DNA of 64,000 bases, from assembly GCA_009859145.1 (NCBI GenBank), contig VRVR01000002.1:161274-225273 (forward strand), written 5' to 3'. Within the stretch, counting starts at the first letter, position 1. Every line of letters begins with the position of its first letter. The notes beneath the pieces are model-generated. The model saw nothing but the letters and a program-made list of their open reading frames with translations, ran no database searches and had not been told where the DNA came from. The position numbers and the translations under genes are program-made. Below, in pieces: positions 22,414 through 34,400 of the stretch. Source of the DNA: Andalucia godoyi And28. Taxonomy: Eukaryota > Protista > Jakobida.

Positions 22414-25400
22414 CTATCCTACGTAGTCCAAAAGCAAAGCAACACCACGAAGGACCCACTGGAGTGGATTGGCCTTGCTCTTCAGATTACAGGCAAAGAC
22501 GTACGTGGGGCCGCGGTCCTGCGTGCGATAGACAGGACAGAGATAGTAGTCCTTGAAATCCGCCTTCTCGACAGGAATCGCCTTGATCAGCATGATTGGC
22601 ATTTCGGGGCAGAGCTCCTTCAGTTTCGACTCTTCGAGAACACCGGCCTGGAGATCCCATCGCGCACCTTCGATGAACAGACCACGAACGAACGCACCTT
22701 CACGTGCAGCGCCATCAATCTCATCCAAGCGCTTCTTCGTGACCTCGGTTGCGAGTGTCATGCGATCCAAAGGCCATGCGTTCTTTCGAGCAGTGACTTG
22801 CATAATGGCTGTCAAGTACGACTGCGGGTTAAAGAAGCCGGACAACCAGACAACCTTTGGAATCTGAAGATCCGACGTCCAATCGCTCAACTGCGTGTTC
22901 CGCTGCAAAAGATTCACCAACCACGAACCAAGGGGTCGCAAAGACGGGTAGGCTACCGCCTCCCACGATGCAGGGACCTTGTCGTCGTAAAGCGCATTCA
23001 TCAATTGTTCCATCTTGTCAGAGATAGTAAGATCTCCCTTGAGACCCAAATCAAGTTCCAAGAGAGTTCGGCGGATCTGCAACATAAGGATGTTCATACG
23101 CTCGCATTCCTGGTAGAACACGACCTGGAACGGCGAACGTTCTTCCTCCAGACGCTCCGACAGCTCTTTCAAATTATACAACTCTTCCGGTATTCGTTCA
23201 AGGATGTCATCCAGCAGCATCTTGGTTCGTTCTTCAACGGACTGCGCACCCTCTCCAGCGGCAGAACGAGGTTGCAACTCCAGAATGGTGCGGAGCATGT
23301 TGTCTCCCTGCGCAGTAAGGAAGCCGATTTCGGCATTTGGATGCAAACCGAACGCCATCGGGCTTTCGCCAGGAAGTTGAGTGTCAACAAATTCGAGATA
23401 TTCGGCGTACGAGAGCGTGCCGGGAGGAACAGGGAACTGCGGGAACAACTCCATGCCCTCGAAAAGCTCTTCCTTGACATACGATCGCAAATACGACGAG
23501 CACAAACGACGATCCCAGTCATCGGTAATGTGGCCTCCGTACATGATTTCACCAAAAACATATCGCAAATCCTGCCACGGGATCTTTGGACGATCCTCAA
23601 GATAGTTGTTCAATACGTTGATGCAAGTTGTCAGATCACCAAGACTGAACGGGTAATTGCGGTTCCAACCCTGCGCTCCGAACTTCTTGCGCTCCACCAT
23701 AACAGCGTGGAAGAAGCACAGAGAGAAGATGACGGTTTTGAACTCTGCTTGCTTCGAGGAGTTCTCCCAAATTTCTTCCGAGAACGCCAAGAAGGCACGG
23801 GTCATGTTTGCCTTCACACCTTGGGGAGGCTCATTGGTCAGCTTGATGGATCGCTGCAAAATACCCATAGGGATCTTCGGTGACGGCTCCGCACTCAAGA
23901 ACAAGCGGAAGTCCGCGTGGCCTTCCCCGTCGCCCTTCTCGTACGAGCCCATCAGGATTTCAACTTTCTTGTCCAGCTCAATCAACCACTTACTCATAAG
24001 ATGAATGTTGTTCAGAATGACCCAAGTTCCGTTCTTGTAGGCCTTCTCCAGTTCCCGCATTGCAACACTTTCCTGGCCTTGGCCAAGCGAAACGTTCGCG
24101 ATTTTCCCGTTATCCGCAGAGTAGCCGAGATTCTTTCCGAGACGCTCCACCTCCTTGACAGGATCTACACCCGGAGAAAGGATAAAGAAGATTGGAATGA
24201 CAGGCGACGAGTCCTCAAACGAAGCAGACAACGGGATCTGCGGAATTTCGACGTATTTCTTGCCCATTGCTTCTCCGACATACAAACGAACGGCCATCGT
24301 CATACGATCCGGACGCAAGCAGCGAAGAATCAACAAACGCTGGAACGTGCTCAGATTTTTGTACTCCAGGGGGAGTTTCTCTGTCTCGGGCTTTTCGGTT
24401 TCGCACCATTCCTTCCACCTTCGAGATGATCCCTCAAGATCTCCCGGGAGCTTGGAAAATGGAGGGTCGGTGCCCTCTATCTCAGACAATGCCTGGATGG
24501 AGGCCCACTGCGAATCAGTAACAATGTCTCGAACGGATTCTGGGGCTTCTGCGGCACCGGCTTTTCGGGAACCGCGCAACAAAAAGTTCAAGTGGGTCGG
24601 GTCCAACTCGCCACTCTTCGCAGAGATGCGGAAGCACAACATGGTGGCAAAAATGAGCTTGTGACGCTCGAAAAGACCACGAGAAACGAATGAGAACAAA
24701 GACTCGGTGACGGTGTCCATGATACTCAGCACACGCGTCGGCAAATCTTCAGCAGCTGGGGCACGATTCAACGCTTTAACGAAGACCGTCATGAATGAGC
24801 CCAGAGAATACTGATACATGTGATCGATCGCGGTGAGCTGATCGATCTGGAAGAACATCAGAGATCCACGGACTGCGGCAGGCCGATACAATTCACGAGA
24901 CTCGGAAATCTCCTTTGATGTAATCTGCGCCTTCGCAACAGATTCCTGGATATTCTTTGCTGTTTTCTTGGTGTTCTCAAGATTCTCAATAAGAGCGGTG
25001 TTTTCGAGAATTTCACCCTTTGCGTTGGACAGCTCAAACAACAGATTGTCCTCACAGCGTTTGAGTTCAATCTTGAACTGATTCATGTCTCGCAGCAACT
25101 TGACACGCTGTTCCTCCAACTCCGGCTTCTCCTTGTTCACGACGACAGCCAACAACTGATCTTCAAGACCTTCTTCCGTTACCATGAAGTTGATCAATGT
25201 TGTTTGGGCAGCGATCTCGGGACGATAGTGTGGGTTGCTCATCTTGGTCTGCAAGTACAGCTTGAACTTGTCATCGTATTCCACTTCCTTGTCGCCGAGC
25301 TTGATGTACGCGGATCGGCCCTTTCTTATGATAGAGCGACTGAGAACGGGCTCAAGAACAGCATCGATCGTCTCACCGAGATTCTCAATCAAGACAGGCT

Positions 25401-28400
25401 CTCCCGCCTGAAGTGCAGCCTCGATCTGATTCAGATACTTGTCTTGGGTCAACTGCACAATTCGAAGATTGTTCTTCTCTTCGCGGGTCTTGATCCACTT
25501 CACACCCTGCAACTGCGGGTCAATCAACAATGGCCAACGCTTGGCATTCTTCACAATTGCGCCATTCTCTACCGAGATTCTGTCGGAGGGAAGAAATTCG
25601 TTGTTCCATCCAGCAACTTCAGCTTCATCCGTCAACACACCGTACAACGGGTCAATGGCAGGAGTAAACGGAATCTCACGAGATTGCATATCCGGAATCC
25701 ATTTCTCCTTCATGAGACTCTCGCGGAACCGACGAGAGAAGGGTCCAATGTACGACAAGAACCCAGCCGCGACAAGGACGTTTCCAATTAACGTCGTCTC
25801 AGAGGCCTTCAGATCCTGGATCGACGCAGCCCAGCGCACATTCTCATCTGCAAGGCCGTTTACCAGGCGTTCTGCCAAGTTCAACTTTTGTTGCGTCTTT
25901 GCAGCACGTTCTTCGATCATCATCTTTTCTTGTCGGGCAGCCTCATACTTGGCAAGCAGCGCGTCAAGCTTGGCTTGCAGCTTGGCGACTTGGTCTTGAA
26001 CTTTTCGCAAGAATGACTGTGAAGCATCAAGCTTCGCTTCCGCAGCGGCGAGCTTCTGTCGCTTAGGCTCTACATCGAGATTCACAAAATGGAACTTCAC
26101 AATATTACGGACCCATTCGCAAAGGCCGGCAGCAGCAAAGGACTTTGACCGAATTTGGTCACCGGTGAAGCCTTCCATGTCCACGAATTTCGCGACGGCG
26201 TCGACGTTCTGTTGCGGAATATGCTCCTTGTCGTACTCAATGAGGGACTTCAAGAAACCGTCCACTTGAGCCATCATCTTCTTTGCAGAATTCCACGAAA
26301 GATCCTTGGGTATCGGTTTGCCAGGTTCTGTCAGCAAAATCATAACAGCCGCAGTAACATTCACAACTTCATCTGCTGGCTTTGTGAAGGATTTCAGCTC
26401 GGTCAGAGATTTCTTATCGAGCGTGTTCAGCGCAGCCAGCGCCTCCTGAACGATGGGCTCTGCTTTCGCAAGGTCTGCTTCGCACTCCTTCTTGAACGCA
26501 TCAACTTCAGACACCAGAGTATTCGTTTTCTCTTCCTCTACTCGTGCCTGGGCAGTCTGTTCCTCGACGATGTTTCGTTCACGGCCCACGTCAACCAAAA
26601 TCTGTTCTGTGTCCCGTCGTTTCTCTTCGACAATAACCTGCTCAGCTTTCAGCTTTTCTTGTAGATCAGCGACTTGCGAAGCGGCATCACGAAGCTTCGC
26701 CAGTCCTGTTTCTAGACGCTCAATCTTCTGGGTGAGCTCACTGCGCTTCTTGGATAGAAGATCGCCATATAGGGAAATCAGCTCCAAGAAACTCTTGGGC
26801 GTCACGTAGTTGTAACGACGCTCCGTTGCTCGGTAGTCTTCCGATGCCGTGCCTACGGATTGATGCACGAATGCCATATGGTGCGCAATGCTGTCGCGAA
26901 GTTCGTCGGACGGCAACTCAATGTTTTGAAGGAAACGGCCAGCAACAGAAACAAGAGCTTCTCTGGGCCAGGCGTGGAACCAATCGATCGCAGTGCAGTT
27001 GGTAAGAGCCGGGAACTGTCTGCAACGCACACGGAATTGATCTCCGATCGGAGAGAAGCACAAGACAACATGCAGGTTTCTTCGGACCTTGTCAATGAAG
27101 TACCCAAAGCACACGTCCTTGTTGTTGTAATCCAATCCAGCCTGCTTGACTTCGTTGGAAATCGATCCAATGATGCCATCCTTTTCTTCCGGAGTAAACA
27201 TATCCGGAATATAGCCGGACGACAACAAATCGTTCAAATACACCAGCATGTTTTCTTCAACGATTTGACCATCCGTCATGAGGAAAACATATGGCAGACC
27301 CTTCAAACCCGTCTTCTTGTACAGCTCTATCAAATCCAACTTGAATTCGTTGATTCCATAATTTGATGTCACGGTAATCTGGAACGTCTCGTAGCCGCAA
27401 ATAAATGCAGCCAGACGAGAAAGCGACTGCTTACCCGAACCACCCACACCGACAAGAAGAGCATTACCACGTGGATTATCAATAATGCGCGTGATTCGAC
27501 AAACGTGCTCCAGCGCCTGTTCGAACAGCTCCAGGTCCATAACGGCATACGTCTCATTGTACTCCCGAAGCTTTTCATTCAAAACCCTTCGAAGAGTCGG
27601 GAAGTCTTTCACTGGGACGTAGATGCGATCGTCCTCTGAAATTCCCTTTTGAATGAACGAGGTAAACACAATGGGCTCCTTCAGAAGCTCGTCTTGGTTC
27701 TGGTCATCAAAGAATTTCTTCGACGATTCCCGAAGAAGCTCCTGGAACCGAGAAGTATCCGATGCCTCGACCAATCGATCGTTGTAAACTCGCGTACACT
27801 CGTGCACAACAAGTCGCATGAACATCTGCGGTTCTGCATAATGCGAACTTCTGGAACGCAAGATGCCCTGGAAAATGTTGGACAACTCGCGCAAGTTGAA
27901 CTGGTAATGGAACTTGATGGCCGTCGGCAGGAAATTGCGCGCAACCTTTGTGTGCAGATCAATGCAGCAGTCCACTACCTTCTCGGAAAGCTTGCAAACC
28001 TCATCTGAAAATCCATTCTGAAGATGAGCATCCAGAATCTGGAAATAAATCGTCTTCAAATTTTCAGTGGAAGGAGAGAAGCAAGAAAACATGGCAAAAT
28101 GCCTCTGGAATCGGTCATCGACTGTGAATGAACCAGCCTTGGGATTCATCGAAGTGATGTACTGGCAACCAGTGACTTCCTTCTTTTGGATCTTGCCTCG
28201 ATCATACCAGAATCCATAATCCATATGTTGTCGGAGGAAAGAAATGGCAGACTGAGTACCATACTTGTCTGGGTTTGGCATGTTCAGATCATCAACGTAG
28301 AAGATGAGCCGCTTTCTGCCAGGGGGACCGTACTGAATACCAGCCTTCTTCTCCAACATGGACTCCATGATGCTCTGCACTGCGATGGAACGGGAATTCG

Positions 28401-31400
28401 AGTTGAAGTTAATTGTGCAAGAGCAATAATCGTCATTGAGATTGTTGAGCTTCTCCTTCACGATTGTTGTCTTACCCGTACCAGCGGTTCCAATAAACAT
28501 TACGGGGTACTGCATGTCTTGCAGCATGTTCATGAGAGCAGTCAATCGAACAGTATCAACGGTCTGCACAACAATGTTGCCAAAGGAAACATCGGAGTTG
28601 TGCACGTATTTCGAAACTTGATCGACCCAAGCAGACAATTTTGGTTGTCCCCCTACTTGCTCGACAAAATAGTCGAAAACAGTGCCGGCATCCGGATACT
28701 TCACAGCTGCGAACTCCTTCTTGAACCAGTTCGAGAAGGAGAGGCGGAAATCCGTCTGGTTGTCTGCATCAAGCGCACCACCAAAGGACCAAACGCAGGC
28801 GTAAACGAAGTACATCTCGTACACGTCCTTGCCGGCTTCATAATTGATTCCAGCTTTCTTCAAGAGACCCTCCAACATTCTGCAGAGAGTCTGGATCATG
28901 TTGAACGTGGATCGAGGAATAATATGGCGACCAGAAACACGGATCCACCGCAGAATCGGAGTGACATACGTGGAAAACAAGGTATCCAAAATGCCGCGCT
29001 CTTTTTCTTCTCTTCCTTCGATCCACGAGTCCTTAAACGGCTCCCAGCCAACGTCCGTCTCGTTCAAGAACAAAATACCAGCACGCGAGACCGTAGCTGG
29101 AGTGGCATTCTTCAAATGACTGATCTCAAACAACATTCTCATGGAGGGAGTGAGCGGAATTCGTTCGTTCGACGCCAAGGTAAGAACCTTGTTATCGTCC
29201 ATGACAGTGTTCATTGATTCAATCCATTCGGGGTCAATGTCGCCATCGAGAACAATCCATTTTGGATTCTTGTTTGCTTTGGACGCATCCGCAAAGTTTC
29301 GCATGACCACAGACAAGATACCGTCCTTCCATTCTCGAGTGACCTTGTGGATATATCCATACAACTCGTCAGACGTGATCGCTTTGGGATCCAGAACCTG
29401 GAACTGTGTGCGCTGCCCACGAAGAGTCAGTGCTTTCGCGAGCGTCTTCCATACCGCAGACTTTCCTGCACCACCTGGTCCGAGAACGAACACTGAGTGA
29501 CGAACATCCAACAGTTCCTTGAGCTGAATTGCCTTGAGGATGAACATGTCGTTCTCCCCGGGCTGCAAGCGGCTCCCTTCAGTAGCCTCTCTCACGGCCT
29601 TTTCCAGATCCGGATCGACCTTCGGGGGAAGGTCCATGTTGGGGAACAAATCACTGATCAAGCCCTTGAAAATCTCAATGTCATCGCGGGCAAGCTTGGC
29701 CATATTCGTATCGCGAAGCGCTCTCATGAGAATCAATTCCTCGCTGAGCGACGGCTCTGCACGCTTCAAACTGCCGGCAATAACCAGCACAGATTTGATG
29801 GCACGCAGACCCCAGTCATAATGGTCTTGCTTGGACAACAGTTCACGATTCAACATGTATAAGGTTACGAATTTCTTCGCAAGACCCTTCGCACCCTTGA
29901 AACCTTCCGATGCAAGCATGATTTCGCAAATGTTTTCAAGATCTGGGACCACCATGGCGCACGGACGGAACAAAGCCTTCAGATTTTCCGGCAGTTCGGT
30001 ACGGCCTTTGTAGCCGGGATTCATAGTGATGAAGACACCAACCGTTGAAATCAGAGTGATATCCTCTCCCTGAAACACAAAGCCCGTCTTCTTTGCAGAG
30101 AGAGCGTCCAGAATGGATTTGAACTGCGTCGCAACGACTGACAAAACCTCAATGGGAATACGATTGAATTCGTCAAAACATCCCCAGGCACCAGTCATGC
30201 ACAGCCCCTTGAAAATGTTTCCAAGCGACCGGTAATCCATTTGCTCGGAGCAGTTGAACACATAGCAAGCATTTCCGAGAGCGCGCGCAAGATCCTTTGT
30301 AGTCTCTGTCTTTCCGGTACCCGCTGGGCCAGCAGGTGCACCACCCATGATCAAGCGAAGCGCTTGGGTCAGCGTGATGTAGCAACGATCGGTCAAAGGC
30401 GTGATAACTAAACACCCACAGTTTCCAATGTACTCGTAGTTGTAGTAGAAGACTGCGTCTGCGATATTGATGACGCAACCCTTCTCATCGCTCCAAGTGT
30501 AGCGCAACTGCGACTGCCAGTCAAATACTGCAGGAGAATCCACCTTTGATTCCACCAATTTCGTAACCACATCGCGAGCATGGACTTCTACTGTGATCAG
30601 AGTGATGACTTTTCGTCGCATGTTTCCGTCCAAATCCATCGCAACAACATCCGCGAGGTTATTCAACATCTCAACCTGTGCCTTGTTGTACTCCTTCATC
30701 GCGTTCTCGTCGCCTTCTTCTAGACGCTCAAACGCTTTGTTGACTTCGAATGTCCACCAGATGCGTGCCGCGACAACTGCAAGCTGTGCAGGAAATGCAC
30801 GAAGAAACTGTTCGCGAGACAAATCCGAGAAGGACGAATACGCATCGCCCATCTGCGCACGAAGAGTATCTGCAACTGCTTTGATCAAGCCGGTGAGCCA
30901 ATCCTCAACAGCACCTTCACAGTTGAAATCCTCGGCCAACGGGACCTCTTCTCCTTCCTTGGATATCATGTTGTACGCAATCTTTGTCGGTTGCTCTCCG
31001 TCCATTCGGAAATCAAGCGTGTCGACAGAATCAATCAACTTCGACATGTGCTTCATGATCAGATGAGGAGTCGATCCCTTTGAAAGAATGTCCACGAGAT
31101 CCGAAGATGAGACGAAATAGAAGCGCGGAAATGCGCGGCGTTTCGTCTCCAAGTAGTCAGACAGTGCTTTCTCGCATTTTTCAAGATCGCCCTGCATCTC
31201 CGACAAAATCGAATACATGTCATCCTGTCGTTTCATTCCATGACGAACGGTATCGTGCGTACAGACCTCGACAACGTTGCTGACATCCTTCGCAACTTCC
31301 ATCATCTGACGGAAAACGGCATCGGTACCTGAAAATCTCTTCGAATCATTGGGAAGTTGTTCTCGAATATCCGCTGATAGAATGAAGATCGGATAAAGAT

Positions 31401-34400
31401 TTGACCAGGAACGTTGAACTTCAGTCCACAGAGTAATCACATCCATGACCATTCCAAGCGTCCGGAGCCACTTCTTGACTTCCGAGTCGAAATATTCAAC
31501 GAACTTGTTCGCTTGCATGTTCTGCAACATGACTTGGTTGTCTTCGAGAACCTCTACTATCTCGCCGACATCCGCAACTTTGTAAGTCTTCAGTGCTTCG
31601 TCGTGTTCATATGCCAGTACCATGCCCACCCAAGTTTCCTCAATCTTCTTCAAATTCTTCTCGATTCCCAACTCCTTCTTGGCGCGGTCCACGATATCAA
31701 GAACTTCTACCTCGAACCTGTGGAGACCGAGGTCCAAAAGATTCTTCAAGCTGAACGAATCGTCGTCAGGGTTGATGCTTCCTGGTGTTTTGGTTTCGCG
31801 GAGAAGACCTTTCCAGTGACGATCTCGCATCGCAGGAGAGCGCAGCTCTTGAACCAGCGGCAGAGCCACGAGCATATTCGCAACAGACTTCTCCAATCCA
31901 GTGTAGCAACCCCAGAATTTCACTCTGCTCGGGAACTTCTTCACGTCCTTCATCAACTTCTTCGTTTCCTCGACAAGGTAGTCGACGTCAACACTCTTGA
32001 AAGACGTGGACATCCAGGAGGAAAACTGATTCATCGACAGAGAGATGAAATCCCAAAGACCCTTGAGATCGACAATGTCGGAACGGCACTGCGACAGCTC
32101 TTTGTACTCCGACTGATTAAGTTCAAAGAGTTCCTGCAAATTCTGCAAAGATTTTGCGTCCTTTTCGATGTCACATAAGCGGAGCTGCTGCTCATCGAGG
32201 GAGTCGTAGGCCTGCTCAACACCGACATCAAACTCAAACGGAGCATTCTGCTGGAATCCAGAACGGAACACTGAGACCTTGTCGTTGAAACCCAGCATCT
32301 GGTCTTTGACCTTCTTTGCCTCTTGATCCTGAAGTGGAGACAGCTCCTCGCGGCGAGAAAACGTTTTCTTTTTGAGATTATTCCAAAGCAACGGGAGATT
32401 GTCCAAATCCTTCAGCTTTTCCTCCGGAACATCAACATCATGTCTCTTCAACATGCTTACAATGTCGCGTAACGGATCAAACATTGCATCTGTTGCTTCG
32501 GAGCGCAAACGAACGTCACGAATATAACCCATAACTTCGAGTAAAGTATCCATGTCTCCGACCTGCACTTCCTTGTTGAGGTTCTGGTCCACCAGTTCAA
32601 TGAATCCGCGAAGGTCGGTCAAAGAGTTGCTCACCTTATCCGCCAGGTAACCGGTGTACGATGCCTTCCACTTTCCGCAAGTCGAGGCCAAAGCGTTCTT
32701 GATTGGCTTTGCATCAATTCTGAGCCAGCCAATGTCCTCTGTATTCGGCAACTTGTGAATTTCGGACTGAATCTGCTCATACTTGATGATCTGTTCATCA
32801 AAGAGGCCAATCCGCGGGTCCTTTCCGTTCTCACCTTGACTGAGGAATTCCTCAAAGGATTCGTAAACGTCGCTAGTCCACAAGAAAGAAAACTTGAGGA
32901 ACTGTTCTCGGAACGAGGAGCACTTACCTGCATTCGTCGACACAAGACCTTCAACGTGCTTAACCAAGGATTGCACCTCAGTGGAGGAATTGATCTCTGG
33001 GATATAGTCGTCTTCTCCAGTATCCAGACGCTTCAGGAAAACCCCAATGTGGCAGAATGTCTTCATCCACGTCTTGCACATGTTTTGAATAGACGTGGCG
33101 CCATCTGCTTCGAACAACGCGGGGGAGAATGTGGCGCTCTTGTCCTTGCCAGAGTCATCGGGTGTTTGGACAACAAGCTCCAGTTGCACTTCCAGCAGCG
33201 GGCCAAGATCATTCTTCACAATAGATTCCGGATCGATCTGGTCTCGAAGATACTTGAGGGTAGACAAAATGGTAGTTCGGATGCCGTCCACAACGATGCC
33301 GTTCGCGTAGTCAACGTAATTCTTCCACGAAACAGATCCTTTGCCAATGTCTTTCAATGCTTTGAAGGAGTCGGCAAGTTTTTGGTGAATCTGAACGCCT
33401 CCTTCGCGGATCTTGGATTCACGAGACGCCATTAATTCCTTGTGTTTGGTCTCGAACTTGACAGGATCATAAACATCTCCTTCCTTCCGTTCAAACATGG
33501 TTTGGGAAGCCCAGAGGGCAAGGATCTTCTCAATCTCATGAACATTATTCTTGAGCAGGGACAGGGTAGTATTGGCATCGCGAACATTGGTCATGGCGGC
33601 GGCGATGAAGTCGTCAATGCCATAACCCTTCCAATTCAGCGACGAAATACCCTTTTGGAGTTGCTCATCAATCGTCTTCATCTGGGTTTCCAACAAGGGT
33701 TTCTCGACCTCGAGCAAAGACTGCAACATTCCGTTGTACATGTTCACAATAAGCTCCAGTTTCCCAGTCTGCGTCCGGTAAACTTCTGCCTTCTTGAAAA
33801 TATCGAGAGCCTCCTTCGGAATCGGCAATTTTTCCAGATCGCCGCGGTCCGCATTGATTTTCTCCAGATACGAAACTTCGCGGAGAAGACGGACCAACGC
33901 GGGATCAAAGTTGACATAAAGCAAGTTCGAATCCTTGTCGCGTCGCAGGAGATACTGCTTCAACTTTTCCGCAGAGACGTTACCCACTTCCTGAGACCAT
34001 TCCTGGTACTTTGCACGCTCGTATTCGCGAAGAGACTCTGTGATCTGTTCGTATGACTTCAAGAGCTCACGCGCCTCGTCCGTCTCCAGCATTGACTTAT
34101 TCGACTGCTGAAACTTCTCCATGGGAATTACAACACGATCCAGCAGCCCACGGCACCAAATGAGAGCTCCAGCCGTTGGAGGCATGTTGTCATAAACAGG
34201 AGGTGTTTCCTTGTTCTGACCAAAGATTTCCTGAACGTGTTTCAAATCGGTTCCGTAGGAGCGCAACAGATCTGTCTGTTTCTTTTCCAGATCGGCCTGG
34301 ATAATTTCTCGTTCAAGCAACCCCTCGAAGGATTCAACCAGTTTGAACGCAGAAAACACAGTGGAGCAGTCGTCAAAGCCTTGCGAAAGAATGGAACCTA